Origin: Patescibacteria group bacterium
GTDB taxonomy: Bacteria; Patescibacteriota; JABMPQ01; JAQVVF01
Reading direction: 5' to 3'
Assembly: GCA_028699085.1 (NCBI GenBank)
Contig: JAQVVF010000001.1
Coordinates: 28,333-92,332, forward strand
DNA length: 64,000 nucleotides
The position numbers and the translations under genes were made by a program. This document shows, piece by piece, positions 46,238 to 56,666 of the stretch. The notes beneath the pieces were generated by a model. That model saw nothing but the letters and a program-made list of their open reading frames with translations, ran no database searches and was not told the DNA's origin. Numbering within the stretch: position 1 is the first letter of the stretch; every line of letters begins with the position of its first letter.

Positions 46238-47473
46238 ATGAAAACAAAAATTATCATTTTTGCTTTCTCCTTGCTTTTACTGCTTCCAGTTGGCTTTGTA
46301 TCTGCTTATGATATCAGGAGCACAGAAGGAACAACAACAATCGAAAGCACAGAAACTGTTCAAGATGATTTAATGATTGCTGGGCAATCAGTTCAGATCG
46401 ATGGCGTAATTAGTGGTGATGTTTATGCTGTTGGTCAGACAGTTACAGTTAGTTCTAATGCAAAAATTTTAGGAAATCTTTTTACAGCTGGTCAAATAAT
46501 TAATATCGATGGAATTGTAGAAGGTGATCTTTTTACAGCAGGTGCAAATGTTAATATTACAGGTTCAGTAAAAAATGGCATCATGGCTTTTGCCGGAATG
46601 ATTTCAGTAGCTCCAAAAGCTACATTAGATAGCAACAATGCAACATTTTTTGGCGGAACTATAGATATCAGCAAAAATGCAAATTTTTCTAGAGACATGA
46701 TTGCAAATGGCGGAGCAATTAATTATAAAGGCACAGTTGATAATAATTTAACAATCAATGGCGGAACAGTTGACGTTTCTGGTTTAGTTAAAAAAGACGC
46801 AACGATCACAGCTTCAGAAAAAATGGTTTTTAATTCCGGTGCAAAAGTTGATGGAAATTTGAATTATTCATCTCCAAAGCAAGCTGAATTCAAAAACGGC
46901 TCACAAGTTGTTGGCGAAACAAAATTTACGCAATTAGTCGAAACACAGAAAAAAGCAGGAAAGAAAAACAGCATGAATTGGTTTGCGATGTCAGCTTTCA
47001 AAGTCGTAACAAATTTTATCTCAATGATTTCTTTGATGATTGTTGCGATTGTAACAGCCGCAATTTGTAAGAAGTATAGTCTCAATGTTATTGATAAATT
47101 GAAAACAAAAACTTGGGCATCATTGGGTTGGGGATTATTAGTACTTTTTGTAACACCAATTGCTTTTATAATATTATTAATCACAATTTTAGGCATGCCG
47201 ATTGCTTTTCTGATTTTGCCAATCTACCTTGTTTTGATTTATTTTGCTAAGGTATTTGCTACAATCTGTACAGGCTATTTTATTCTCAAATCAATAGGCA
47301 AGAATGAACCAAATTTGATCTGGTCAGCAGTTCTTGGCGTTATTGTCTTGAGTATCATCATGATGATCCCATTTATCGGATTTTTGGCAAAATTAGCAGT
47401 AATTTCACTTGGAATTGGAGCTATGGTTTTAGCTTTGAAGGCATATCACAAAAATTCATCAGCAAAAGCCTAA
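46238..47473 (+). CDS. Signal-peptide protein with bactofilin-like beta-helix repeats and a C-terminal 4-TM domain
   Basis: Repeated G.V.I.G.V.GD-type units (VQIDGVISGDVYAVGQTVTVSS...). C-terminal hydrophobic helices. Confidence 0.45.
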   Translation: MKTKIIIFAFSLLLLLPVGFVSAYDIRSTEGTTTIESTETVQDDLMIAGQSVQIDGVISGDVYAVGQTVTVSSNAKILGNLFTAGQIINIDGIVEGDLFTAGANVNITGSVKNGIMAFAGMISVAPKATLDSNNATFFGGTIDISKNANFSRDMIANGGAINYKGTVDNNLTINGGTVDVSGLVKKDATITASEKMVFNSGAKVDGNLNYSSPKQAEFKNGSQVVGETKFTQLVETQKKAGKKNSMNWFAMSAFKVVTNFISMISLMIVAIVTAAICKKYSLNVIDKLKTKTWASLGWGLLVLFVTPIAFIILLITILGMPIAFLILPIYLVLIYFAKVFATICTGYFILKSIGKNEPNLIWSAVLGVIVLSIIMMIPFIGFLAKLAVISLGIGAMVLALKAYHKNSSAKA

Positions 47474-47569
47474 TTTTGACTACAGATTGACAATTCTGTG
47501 GTTTTCTTATAACTTATAGCTGTTAGTGGTTGTTTTGAATTTTTACTTTTAACTTTTTAATTTTTAAAC

Positions 47570-48835
47570 ATGCTTGATATTAATTTAATCAGAAAAGACA
47601 AAAAATTAGTCATGAAAGCACTTCATGACCGTAATATGAAGTTTGATATTGATAAACTTCTTGATCTTGATTTTGAAAAAAGAAAACTACAAACGAAAGT
47701 TGATGAACTTCGTGCTAAACAAAATACAGCCTCAGATGAAATTGCCAAACTTAACGGACCAGAAAAACAACAAGCGATTCTTGATATCAAAGGCACATCA
47801 GAAAGATTGAAAGATTTAGAATCAAAATGTAGCAAGCTTGATGAAGAGCTATCGAAATTAATGCTTGAACTTCCAAATATTCCGCGACCTGATGTCAAAG
47901 TTGGTAAGAATGAATCAGAAAATGAAATTATAAAAAAAGTTGGCGAGCCAACAAAATTTGATTTTGAGCCAAAAGATCATTTAGCTTTAGGCGAAAAATT
48001 AGATTTAATTGATACAAAAAGAGCTGGCAAGGTTTCTGGTTCTCGTTTCAATTACTTAAAAAGAGAATTAGTTTTATTGGAATTTGCTCTAGCAAGATTT
48101 GTTATTGATGAATTAACAAAAGAAGGATTTATTCCAGTAATTCCGCCTCAAATTGTTTCTGAAAAAGCAATGCAAGCAATGGGCTACCTTGCTCATGGCG
48201 GAGAAGAAGAAACTTATCATTTTGCCAAAGACAAACAATACTTTGTTGGCACTTCAGAACAATCAGTGATTCCAATGCACATGAACGAAGTTTTGAAAGA
48301 GTCAGACTTGCCAAAACGTTACATTGCTTTCTCAACTTGTTTTCGCCGAGAAGCAGGATCTTATGGTAAGGATACATACGGAATTTTACGTCAGCACCAA
48401 TTTGATAAATTAGAGATGCTGGTGCTTGCAAAACCAGAGGATTCTGAGAAAGAACAAGAATTTCTATTGAATATAGAGGAAAGATTAGTTAAAGCTTTAA
48501 ATTTGCCTTATCAAGTTGTTAAAATGTGCACTGGAGATCTAGGCGATCCTGCAGCTCGCAAATATGACATTGAAACTTGGATTCCATCACAAAAAAAATA
48601 TCGCGAAACGCATTCTTGTTCGACTTGTACTGATTTTCAAGCTCGTCGTTTAAATATTAAATACCGAGATACTAAAAAAAATAAAAATGAATTAGTCCAC
48701 ACATTAAATGCTACAGGATTTGCTATCGGTAGAATTTTGATTGCTATCATGGAAAATAATCAACAAAAAGATGGCTCCATAAAAATTCCAGAGGTTTTGT
48801 GGGGTTATTCTGGAATTAAAGAAATCAAGCGATGA
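47570..48835 (+). CDS. serS: Seryl-tRNA synthetase
   Basis: N-terminal coiled-coil arm plus class II core (FRREAGSYGKDTYGILRQHQFDKLE). Confidence 0.9.
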   Translation: MLDINLIRKDKKLVMKALHDRNMKFDIDKLLDLDFEKRKLQTKVDELRAKQNTASDEIAKLNGPEKQQAILDIKGTSERLKDLESKCSKLDEELSKLMLELPNIPRPDVKVGKNESENEIIKKVGEPTKFDFEPKDHLALGEKLDLIDTKRAGKVSGSRFNYLKRELVLLEFALARFVIDELTKEGFIPVIPPQIVSEKAMQAMGYLAHGGEEETYHFAKDKQYFVGTSEQSVIPMHMNEVLKESDLPKRYIAFSTCFRREAGSYGKDTYGILRQHQFDKLEMLVLAKPEDSEKEQEFLLNIEERLVKALNLPYQVVKMCTGDLGDPAARKYDIETWIPSQKKYRETHSCSTCTDFQARRLNIKYRDTKKNKNELVHTLNATGFAIGRILIAIMENNQQKDGSIKIPEVLWGYSGIKEIKR

Positions 48836-49983
48836 TTAATCACAAAACTTGGGTTGAAATAAGCAAGCAAGCTTTAATTTTTAATCTAAAACAATTTAGA
48901 AAAATAATTGGCCAAGATAAAAAATTGGCTGCAATTATAAAATCCAATGCTTATGGCCATGGACTGCAAGATACAGCCCAAATTTTAGCTAAGTCAGAAG
49001 CAGATTGGTTTGGTGTTGATTCAATTGATGAAGCAATCGCAATAAAACAAGAAAACAATAAAACAATAAAACAAATTATTATTTTAGGCTATACTGTTTA
49101 CAATCATTTATCTGAAGTTATTAAAAATGAGTTTAGGCAAATAGTTTATAATTCAGAAACTATAAAAAAACTTGGCGAGCTTTCTTCAAAGTTAAAAAAG
49201 AGAACTTATCTTCATATCAAACTAGAAACAGGTACATCAAGGCAAGGAGTTTTGGAAAAAGATTTATCAAAAATTGTTAAATTAATTAAGAAATATCCTT
49301 ATCTAGTTTTAGAAGGCGCATCAACTCATTTTGCGAATATCGAAGATACAACTGATCATTCTTATGCTGAACAACAATTAAAAAATTTTCAGCGTCTAAT
49401 AAATTTAGCAGAAAAAGAATACGGCCAAAAAATAAAAATAAAACATACTGCTTGTTCAGCTGCAACAATATTATTTCCAGAAACTCATTTTGATTTAGTA
49501 AGACTTGGAATTAGCATGTATGGATTATGGTCATCTAGCGAAACAAAAGTTTCGGCTTCCCACAAAAAGATTAATTTAAGTTTAAAACCTGTATTATCCT
49601 GGAAAACAATAGTTGCCCAAGTTAAAAAGCTGAAATCTGGGACACCGATTAGTTATGGACTTACAGAAACCTTGCATCATGATTCAACAATCGCAATATT
49701 ACCAATCGGATACAATGACGGTTTTGATCGTAAATTATCAAACATCGGCAATGTTTTAATAAAAGGTAAACGTTGTAAAATATTAGGTCGTATTTGCATG
49801 AATATGTGTGTTGTTGATGTTAGCCATATCAAAAACCTCAAACCAGAAGATGAAGTAGTTTTAATCGGCAAGCAAGGTAAAGAACAAATAACAGCTGATG
49901 AAATTGCTAAGAAGATAAATACGATAAATTACGAAATTGTAACAAGGATTAATCCACTAATAAAAAGAGTAATAGTTAAATAA
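48832..49983 (+). CDS. alr: Alanine racemase
   Basis: PLP site AIIKSNAYGHG is present. 383 aa. Confidence 0.85.
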   Translation: MINHKTWVEISKQALIFNLKQFRKIIGQDKKLAAIIKSNAYGHGLQDTAQILAKSEADWFGVDSIDEAIAIKQENNKTIKQIIILGYTVYNHLSEVIKNEFRQIVYNSETIKKLGELSSKLKKRTYLHIKLETGTSRQGVLEKDLSKIVKLIKKYPYLVLEGASTHFANIEDTTDHSYAEQQLKNFQRLINLAEKEYGQKIKIKHTACSAATILFPETHFDLVRLGISMYGLWSSSETKVSASHKKINLSLKPVLSWKTIVAQVKKLKSGTPISYGLTETLHHDSTIAILPIGYNDGFDRKLSNIGNVLIKGKRCKILGRICMNMCVVDVSHIKNLKPEDEVVLIGKQGKEQITADEIAKKINTINYEIVTRINPLIKRVIVK

Positions 49984-50113
49984 ATAACCAAGAAACAAGA
50001 TACAAACAATTCTCAAATTACAAATTAAAATAATCAAACTCGTCGTCGTGTTTGGAAATTAGTAATTTGGATTTGAAATTTGTTTGTCAATTGTATCTTG
50101 TTTCTTGATTATT
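49984..50113 (+). repeat. Copy 3 of the roughly 130-nt structured intergenic repeat
   Basis: Aligns with 4186-4320 and 40660-40797. Confidence 0.75.
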
Positions 50114-50125
50114 AATTAGAATATT

Positions 50126-50917
50126 ATGATAGGTATTTTTGATTCAGGAGTTGGCGGATTGACAGTCGCTCGCCAGATAATTAAAAAACTGCCAGAGTAT
50201 CAGATAATTTATTTTGGCGATACTGCCAGAACTCCTTATGGCAATAAAAGTAAAGAAACAATTATTAAGTATGCTATTCAGGATACAAAATTTTTATTAA
50301 AAAATGGCGCTAAAATAATTGTTATTGCTTGTCATACCGCATCTGCCGTTGCTGCATCAGAATTAAGAAAAAAGTTCCCAGATGTTCCAATTTTTAATGT
50401 GGTCAAGGCTGGATTAATCAAAGCAGAACGAGTAACAAAAAATAAAAAAGTCGGTATTATTGGAACAAGAGCAACGATTTTCAGCCAAGTTCATGAAAAC
50501 TATTTAAAAAAAATAGATAAAGATATCAAAGTCTACACTGAAGCTTGTCCTCTTATTGTTCCCTTAGTAGAAGAAGACTGGATCAATCGTCCAGAAACAA
50601 AAAAGATTGTAAAATTTTATTTAAAACCATTTAGAAAGGAAAAAATAGATACTTTGGTTTTAGCCTGCACACATTATCCACTTGCAAAAGAAGCGATCAA
50701 AAAGGCGATTAAGCGGAAAATAAATATCATTGATCCAGGAGAAGAAGTGGCAAAAGAAGTTGATCTTTTTTTAAAAAATCATCCAATCATTGAAAAAAGA
50801 TTAGCAAAAAGCAAAAAACACAAATTCTTTGTTAGCGATATTCCTTTTAAATTTCAAGAATTTTCTGAAAAAATATTAGATCAAAAAATAAAAGTCAAAC
50901 AAATAAGTCTTGATTAA
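50126..50917 (+). CDS. murI: Glutamate racemase
   Basis: IGIFDSGVGGLTV and VIACHTAS motifs are present. Confidence 0.85.
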   Translation: MIGIFDSGVGGLTVARQIIKKLPEYQIIYFGDTARTPYGNKSKETIIKYAIQDTKFLLKNGAKIIVIACHTASAVAASELRKKFPDVPIFNVVKAGLIKAERVTKNKKVGIIGTRATIFSQVHENYLKKIDKDIKVYTEACPLIVPLVEEDWINRPETKKIVKFYLKPFRKEKIDTLVLACTHYPLAKEAIKKAIKRKINIIDPGEEVAKEVDLFLKNHPIIEKRLAKSKKHKFFVSDIPFKFQEFSEKILDQKIKVKQISLD

Positions 50918-52020
50918 TGGAGATATTCTTTACTAAATTTAATTTTATTCTAGCCTTTGCTTTGGCTTTTTTGATTACTGTATTATTTACATATTTAGTT
51001 AGAAAATTAGCTCTTCAATATAATATAGTCGATCGTCCAAACAGGAAAAGAAAAATCCATAAGAGCAATATTCCACTTATGGGAGGTTTAGCCGTTTTTA
51101 TCGGCTTTTTTATTACCTTAAGTTATTTTGTTTTAATAGACCGTGATTTCTTCGGCGGTTATATGCTTCCAAAATATATTCTAGGCCTAGCATTAGGCGG
51201 ATTAATCTTAATTATTGGTGGAATAATTGATGACAAATATAATCTAAGTCCAAAACAGCAATTTATTTTTCCGATAATTTCTTGTCTTGTTGTCATTATT
51301 TCTGGCATTGGCATTACTTTTATCAGTAATCCAATTGGTAACACAATAAATTTAGACGAAATCAGAATTAAGCTTTTTACAATTAATAATATTCCTTATT
51401 TTTTTACAGTTTTTGCTGATATTTTCACCATGATTTGGTTATTAGGCATGATTTATACTACAAAATTTTTAGATGGCATGGATGGACTTGTTTCCGGAAT
51501 ATCTGTAATTGCTTCAGTGATATTATTCTTTTTAAGTTTAAGTACGAAGGTAATGCAACCAGAAACTGCATTGCTTTGCATAATTCTAGCTGGAGCATCT
51601 TTAGGATTCTTAATCTTTAATTTTCATCCTGCCAAGATCTTTTTAGGAGAGGGAGGCAGTACATTCATTGGATTTATGTTAGGATCTCTAGCCATAATTT
51701 CTGGCGGAAAAATTGCTACAGCATTATTAATAATGGGCATTCCAATTCTTGACGTAATCTGGGTAATTTTAAGAAGAATTTTTAAACACAAATCTCCATT
51801 TCAAGCTGATCGTCAACATCTGCATTTTCGTCTTTACGATCTAGGATTCTCACAAAGGAGTGCTGTCATCTTTTTATGGTCAATTTCTGCATTATTTGGG
51901 CTTTTTGCGTTGTTTGTCCAAGGAAAAGAAAAGATACTAGCTTTTATCATTTTAATCGGCTTGATGACAATTATGGCAATATTACTATTAATTTTTTACA
52001 AGAAAAAACAGACTAGATAG
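50917..52020 (+). CDS. MraY/WecA-family polyprenyl-phosphate sugar-1-phosphate transferase (GT4)
   Basis: 10-11 TM helices. DRPNRKRKIHKSNIPLMGG is closer to WecA/TagO than to the MraY TPTMGG motif. Confidence 0.7.
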   Translation: MEIFFTKFNFILAFALAFLITVLFTYLVRKLALQYNIVDRPNRKRKIHKSNIPLMGGLAVFIGFFITLSYFVLIDRDFFGGYMLPKYILGLALGGLILIIGGIIDDKYNLSPKQQFIFPIISCLVVIISGIGITFISNPIGNTINLDEIRIKLFTINNIPYFFTVFADIFTMIWLLGMIYTTKFLDGMDGLVSGISVIASVILFFLSLSTKVMQPETALLCIILAGASLGFLIFNFHPAKIFLGEGGSTFIGFMLGSLAIISGGKIATALLIMGIPILDVIWVILRRIFKHKSPFQADRQHLHFRLYDLGFSQRSAVIFLWSISALFGLFALFVQGKEKILAFIILIGLMTIMAILLLIFYKKKQTR

Positions 52021-52024
52021 TCTG

Positions 52025-52426
52025 TTAATGAGCAATCGATTGAGGAGCAATCTGTTGTGGAAAATGTAGTCCAAATCTAGAAATCTTATAAACCGTATTG
52101 TCATCAATTATTTCAAGAGGAATTTCTTGTTCTTGACAATGCAAACTGATTATTTTCATATAACCGTCACGACCATCAATAGTTGGAGCAATAAGTGCAA
52201 ATCCAAGCGTGTAACCAGCTTTCAAAACATGCATGCAAGAGCTTAAATCATTGCACACATAAACATCGAATCCTGCATCTTCCAGCGCTTTCAAAAGTGC
52301 TCTACATCTCTTTACTTCACATTCCATCAAGAGTACCATCATTTTTTTTCCAGAAGTACAGCCTGCAGTTTTACTGCCAGGATCCTGGCCGTTTGCAGGC
52401 TTCTCGGAAGCTTTTTTCGCTGGCAT
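52025..52426 (-). CDS. Degenerate receiver-like (pseudo-REC) protein, GC-richer, SD GGAGGG
   Basis: REC-like alpha/beta layout, but the phospho-acceptor Asp position reads LIAPTIDGRDG (D replaced by A). Confidence 0.4.
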   Translation of the reverse strand: MPAKKASEKPANGQDPGSKTAGCTSGKKMMVLLMECEVKRCRALLKALEDAGFDVYVCNDLSSCMHVLKAGYTLGFALIAPTIDGRDGYMKIISLHCQEQEIPLEIIDDNTVYKISRFGLHFPQQIAPQSIAH

Positions 52427-52546
52427 GTTGATTTCCCTCCAACCATCAGCGACCCAACCTTAGTTTAACAGATTATTTACAACCACACAAAAATTTTTAA
52501 AGTGGATATCTAATAAAAAAAGACAGGCAACTGTCTTATATAGTAC

Positions 52547-52888
52547 TCAAGCTAGAATTAAAAGAACAATTTCGATCAAAATAGAAATATCTGTTTTGCC
52601 CCAAAAATAATCATAATATCCCTCGAGATCTTCTCTTGCAGTGCTCATTACAATACAAGGAATTTTATGCTCATCGCAATAGGCCTTTACAACATCGCCA
52701 TTTGCAATCGGCATATAAAAGTCAGTGACTGCCAAATGAATATTTCTTTCTGTTTGAAGTACTCTTAGTGCATCATGCCCATTTCGCGCATGCACTACTT
52801 CAAACCCCTTCATTTCCAACTCTATTTCAATCAAATCACGCAAGTCAATATTATCGTCAACAACTAATATCTTTTTGCTTCCCCGCAT
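52547..52888 (-). CDS. Stand-alone response-regulator receiver (CheY-like REC) domain protein, with a G8 tract abutting the start codon
   Basis: Motifs ILVVDDN, LAVTDFYMP...NG and IVMSTA are present. A C8 run at 52889-52896 (G8 on the coding strand) lies immediately 5' of the ATG. Confidence 0.6.
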   Translation of the reverse strand: MRGSKKILVVDDNIDLRDLIEIELEMKGFEVVHARNGHDALRVLQTERNIHLAVTDFYMPIANGDVVKAYCDEHKIPCIVMSTAREDLEGYYDYFWGKTDISILIEIVLLILA

Positions 52889-52994
52889 CCCCCCCCTGTT
52901 GTCGCTGACAGCAATTTATATATACAACATTATAATAAAAAAGTCAATACAAAAAGTCTTGACCAAAGTGGAAAACAAGCATATACTTAAATAT

Positions 52995-53309
52995 ATGACA
53001 AAATTTGCAATTATAAAAACAGGCGGAAAACAATACAAAGTCTCTGAAGGAGATATTATTTTGATTGACAAAATCATCGAACCTAAAAAGACTTTAGAAT
53101 TTAAAGAAGTACTTTTATTTGCTGATGAAAAAGATACTAAGATTGGCGCTCCAAAAATATCTGGAACAAAGGTTGAAGCTGATGTTCTAAGAGCAGAAGT
53201 AAAAGGGGACAAGGTCTTAACTGTAAAATATAAATCTAAAAAAAGATTCAAAAAAACAGTTGGTTTCAGACCAAGGTATACAGAAGTAAAAATAACAAAA
53301 ATTTCTTAA
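52995..53309 (+). CDS. rplU: 50S ribosomal protein L21
   Basis: MTKFAIIKTGGKQYKVSEGD is the typical L21 N-terminus. ATG at 52995. Confidence 0.85.
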   Translation: MTKFAIIKTGGKQYKVSEGDIILIDKIIEPKKTLEFKEVLLFADEKDTKIGAPKISGTKVEADVLRAEVKGDKVLTVKYKSKKRFKKTVGFRPRYTEVKITKIS

Positions 53310-53320
53310 AGAATATTTAA

Positions 53321-53350
53321 AAGACTGCATTAAAAAGCAGTCTTTTTTTT
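53321..53350 (+). terminator. Rho-independent terminator AAGACTGC-ATTAAAAA-GCAGTCTT plus T9
   Basis: Read directly after rplU. Confidence 0.8.
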
Positions 53351-53395
53351 TGTATAAAAAAAGACATATATTATGTCTAAAAAAGTACGTATTAA

Positions 53396-53932
53396 TTAAG
53401 ATGTCGAAGATATTCTCCTGTACAAAATCAAGTCATTTAACGAAATGTTAAGATGTGTAGCTTTATCATGAGAATTAAAAACTTCATAAAGGTTATTTCC
53501 GATTATGTTTGCAATGTGCCCTTCAATGTAAGCACCTTTTTTAAATGCTCTGATAAAATCTCCAACCTTAAGCTCAACGAATACATTTTTGCCTTCAGCA
53601 AATATCATCTCTGAACTAGGTATTTCAAGTATTTCTGCCGAACCATTTTTCAACATTTTTTCCAAAAAGAGTAATGAATATTTTCGAGTTTGTTGAATGC
53701 CATCGATGCAATAACAAACTTCGACAAAACTGTGGAAAAATGGTTGTGCTAATCCGTCAATAACTCGTTTTACAATTTCAACATCTTGAGCAACAACTGT
53801 TGCAGAAACAATAAGAATTTTCTTCTTAAGCCATAAAAAGCCACATCTATGAGTTAATATCAATCTTAAAGTAGTGCCCAACGGAAACTTTTCAAAAGCA
53901 GCACCAGTTTCCCATTGCAACTGCTCGCTCAT
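53396..53932 (-). CDS. Hypothetical protein (about 178 aa), GC-richer, SD GGAGG-N4-ATG
   Basis: ORF starting at MSEQLQWETG. No family was recognised. Located downstream of ybaB-recR. Confidence 0.35.
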   Translation of the reverse strand: MSEQLQWETGAAFEKFPLGTTLRLILTHRCGFLWLKKKILIVSATVVAQDVEIVKRVIDGLAQPFFHSFVEVCYCIDGIQQTRKYSLLFLEKMLKNGSAEILEIPSSEMIFAEGKNVFVELKVGDFIRAFKKGAYIEGHIANIIGNNLYEVFNSHDKATHLNISLNDLILYRRISSTS

Positions 53933-54065
53933 TTTTCCTCCATAACCTGCCGACTTCGGCAGGCAAAATAGAATGTGCAAGTATCTAATTTAGCAAACAT
54001 AGTATTTAATGTCAAATAAAAAAAAGCTATTCAGCTCTTTCAAAATTACATATTTTTGTTATATG

Positions 54066-54665
54066 CTAATATTCTTTACGACCTTTCATTGCATTGCTTA
54101 AAGTTACTTCATCTGCATATTCTAAATCTCCTCCTGAAGGCAGACCTCTAGCTATTCTAGTCGTTTTTATGCCAAGTGGTTTAACTAATTTTGCAATATA
54201 CATTGCCGTAGCTTCACCTTCCAAATTCGGGTTAGTTGCCAATATGATTTCCTTTATATCTACATTTTGCTTTAAGCGATTTAACAATTCATTAATCTTA
54301 AGATCTTCTGGACCTACATTATTTATAGGAGAAATCGATCCATGCAACACATGATAAAGTCCATTAAATTCGCCAGAAGAATTAATTGCCACAATATCCA
54401 TTGGTTCTTCGACAACGCAAATCAACGATTTATCTCGTCTTAAATCAGCGCATATTGGGCAAGGATTTTTTTCAGTCAAATTAAAACAACAAGAGCAAAA
54501 AGTTACTGTCTTCTTTAATTCAGATAGAGCCCTTGCAAAAGATTCGACATCAGTAGCCTTAGATTTTAATAAATAAAAAGACAACCTAGAAGCAGTTTTT
54601 GGACCGATTCCAGGAAGTTTTGAAAACTCAATTATCAAATTTTGAAGCGGTATTGGTAGTATGTT
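54066..54665 (-). CDS. recR: Recombination protein RecR
   Basis: HhH motif (LPGIGPKTASRL), C4 zinc finger (CSCC...CPIC) and Toprim domain. Confidence 0.85.
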   Translation of the reverse strand, partial: NILPIPLQNLIIEFSKLPGIGPKTASRLSFYLLKSKATDVESFARALSELKKTVTFCSCCFNLTEKNPCPICADLRRDKSLICVVEEPMDIVAINSSGEFNGLYHVLHGSISPINNVGPEDLKINELLNRLKQNVDIKEIILATNPNLEGEATAMYIAKLVKPLGIKTTRIARGLPSGGDLEYADEVTLSNAMKGRKEY

Positions 54666-54669
54666 CATA

Positions 54670-54777
54670 AATAACCAATTATCAATAACCAAAAAATAAT
54701 CAATATATAATAACCAATAATCAAATTTTAGTTATTAGATTTTTGGTTATTCGTTGATTATTAGTTATTGATTATTT
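54670..54777. repeat. Imperfect palindrome of AATAACCAA / TTGGTTATT and AATCAATAA / TTATTGATT words between ybaB and recR
   Basis: Read directly. Same word family as 17416-17536. Confidence 0.55.
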
Positions 54778-55069
54778 ACATCTGTGGCATCTGAATTTCG
54801 CCAGCTTGCATTTTTCTAACCATCATCATCTGTAATTCTTTATTTGCTTTAGAAAAAGCATCTTTAATTGCATTTTGTAATTTGTCTTGATTGGAAGCTT
54901 CTAATAATGATTCATCAATAAAAACTTCTTTGATTTTTTGGCTGCCATCCATAGAAATTTTTACTTGGCCGTTCAAACTCTCTCCAGTGATTAATTCAGA
55001 TTCTAATTGTTTTTTCATTTCACTAGCTTGCTTTCTTAAGCTAGCTAAATTTTTTAATTGTTCAAACAT
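54776..55069 (-). CDS. ybaB: Nucleoid-associated protein YbaB/EbfC
   Basis: 97 aa. N-terminal MFEQLKNLASLRKQASEMKKQLE is typical of the family. Sits upstream of recR. Confidence 0.8.
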   Translation of the reverse strand: MFEQLKNLASLRKQASEMKKQLESELITGESLNGQVKISMDGSQKIKEVFIDESLLEASNQDKLQNAIKDAFSKANKELQMMMVRKMQAGEIQMPQM

Positions 55070-55216
55070 AATTTTAAATTAATATTTAATTTTGAATTTA
55101 GAATTTTAAATCAATTTTGAAATCAGAATTTAGAATTTCGAAACAGTTAGCCGCATTTAAAAATTAAATTATTCAAAATTCATTCTAAATTTAAAATTCG
55201 AAATTCAAAATTATAG

Positions 55217-56569
55217 CTAGATTTCACGTCTTTTTTCAAGATTTCTAAAGCTTGCAACATTCTGTTCAAAGAATAGATCAACAACACCTGTTGGTCCATT
55301 TCTATGCTTCTTTATATGAATCTCAGCAATATGTTTACGATCTGTATCTTTTTTATAAACTTCTTCACGATAAATAAACATTACTACATCGGCATCCTGT
55401 TCAATACTACCACTTTCTCTTAAATCTGACAATTGTGGAATTTGCGGTGTTCTATTCTCTACGGCACGAGATAATTGAGATAAAGCCAAAACAGGTACAT
55501 TGAGTTCGCGAGCTATACCTTTTAGTGCTCTAGATATTTCGGAAACTTCTTGGACTCTGCTTTCTGTATTTCGGCCTTCCATTAATTGCAAATAATCGAC
55601 AACCAAAAAACCTAATCCATGTTCAGCATGCAATCTTCTTGCTTTCGTTCTTATTTCCATGATATTTGAAGAAGGGGAGTCATCAATAAATAATGGCGCT
55701 TCCGAAAGCACACCCATCGCATGTCCGATTCTTGGAAAATCATCATCTTCTTCGCGATCGGAAAGTTTTCCTGTTCTCATTCGCCATAAATCAACATTTG
55801 CTTCAGAGCAAAGTATTCTATCAACAAGCTGCTCTTTCGACATTTCTAAACTAAATATGCCAACAGGAATTTTTTGTTTAGCAATATTCTTTGCAAAATC
55901 TAATGCTAGAGAAGTTTTACCCATAGATGGTCTAGCAGCTAGAATAATCAAATCAGATCGCTGAAAACCAGCCAAGACATTATCTAGATCTGGAAAGCCA
56001 GTTGGAATTCCACGCAATTTACTGCCATCTCGATGCAATTCATCAATCCTTTCAAAGGCGTCAGTCAAAACATCTTTAATAACAATAAAATTTTGCTTTA
56101 AATATTTTTGCGAAATACCAAACAGTTTTTGTTCAGCTTCATCCAGAAGTTTTTCAATATCTTTTCCTTCTTGATATCCTAATCTCGAAATATCACCAGC
56201 AGCAGTAATCAATTTTCTTAATGTCGATTTTCTTTGAACTATTTTAGCATAATGAATAATATTTCCAGCAGTTGGCACAATATTTGCTAAAGAAACTAAA
56301 TAGCTTCTTCCGCCAATCAAATCAAGATGTCCTTTGTCAGTTAGAGAATTAGCCAAACTTACGACATCAATAGGTTCACGTTTTTCATACAATTCCAACA
56401 TTGAAGAAAAAATAATGCTATTTTTTTCTTCATAAAAATCTTCCGGACGTAAAAAATCAGAAACTTTTATAACTGCATCTTTATCAATCAAAAGTGAGCC
56501 TAAAACAGATTTTTCAGCTTCTTTATTTCTTGGCGGTAATTTTTCAACAACGTCGTTTTGGTTTTCCAT
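55217..56569 (-). CDS. dnaB: Replicative DNA helicase DnaB
   Basis: N-terminal primase-interaction domain (EAEKSVLGSLL) and RecA-like core with Walker A (ARPSMGKTSLAL). Confidence 0.9.
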   Translation of the reverse strand: MENQNDVVEKLPPRNKEAEKSVLGSLLIDKDAVIKVSDFLRPEDFYEEKNSIIFSSMLELYEKREPIDVVSLANSLTDKGHLDLIGGRSYLVSLANIVPTAGNIIHYAKIVQRKSTLRKLITAAGDISRLGYQEGKDIEKLLDEAEQKLFGISQKYLKQNFIVIKDVLTDAFERIDELHRDGSKLRGIPTGFPDLDNVLAGFQRSDLIILAARPSMGKTSLALDFAKNIAKQKIPVGIFSLEMSKEQLVDRILCSEANVDLWRMRTGKLSDREEDDDFPRIGHAMGVLSEAPLFIDDSPSSNIMEIRTKARRLHAEHGLGFLVVDYLQLMEGRNTESRVQEVSEISRALKGIARELNVPVLALSQLSRAVENRTPQIPQLSDLRESGSIEQDADVVMFIYREEVYKKDTDRKHIAEIHIKKHRNGPTGVVDLFFEQNVASFRNLEKRREI

Positions 56570-56666
56570 ACAAAATTTAGTGATATATCAATATATCATT
56601 TTTACATAAAAAAACAATCCTCTACATTGAGGATAATTTTTTAAATAAATATTCAATATTAAATAT

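Noticed and set aside
52025-53932. Chemotaxis-like cluster (CheY plus CheX/CheC) for the REC pair and the unknown gene at 53396-53932
   Set aside because: No CheA/CheW/MCP or flagellar genes are in the window, and the unknown protein lacks recognisable CheC/CheX motifs. It is left as an orphan REC pair.
4186-55216. CRISPR array interpretation of the repeated intergenic elements
   Set aside because: Repeats are imperfect palindromes 10-140 kb apart, not regularly spaced direct repeats with unique spacers, and no cas genes are present.
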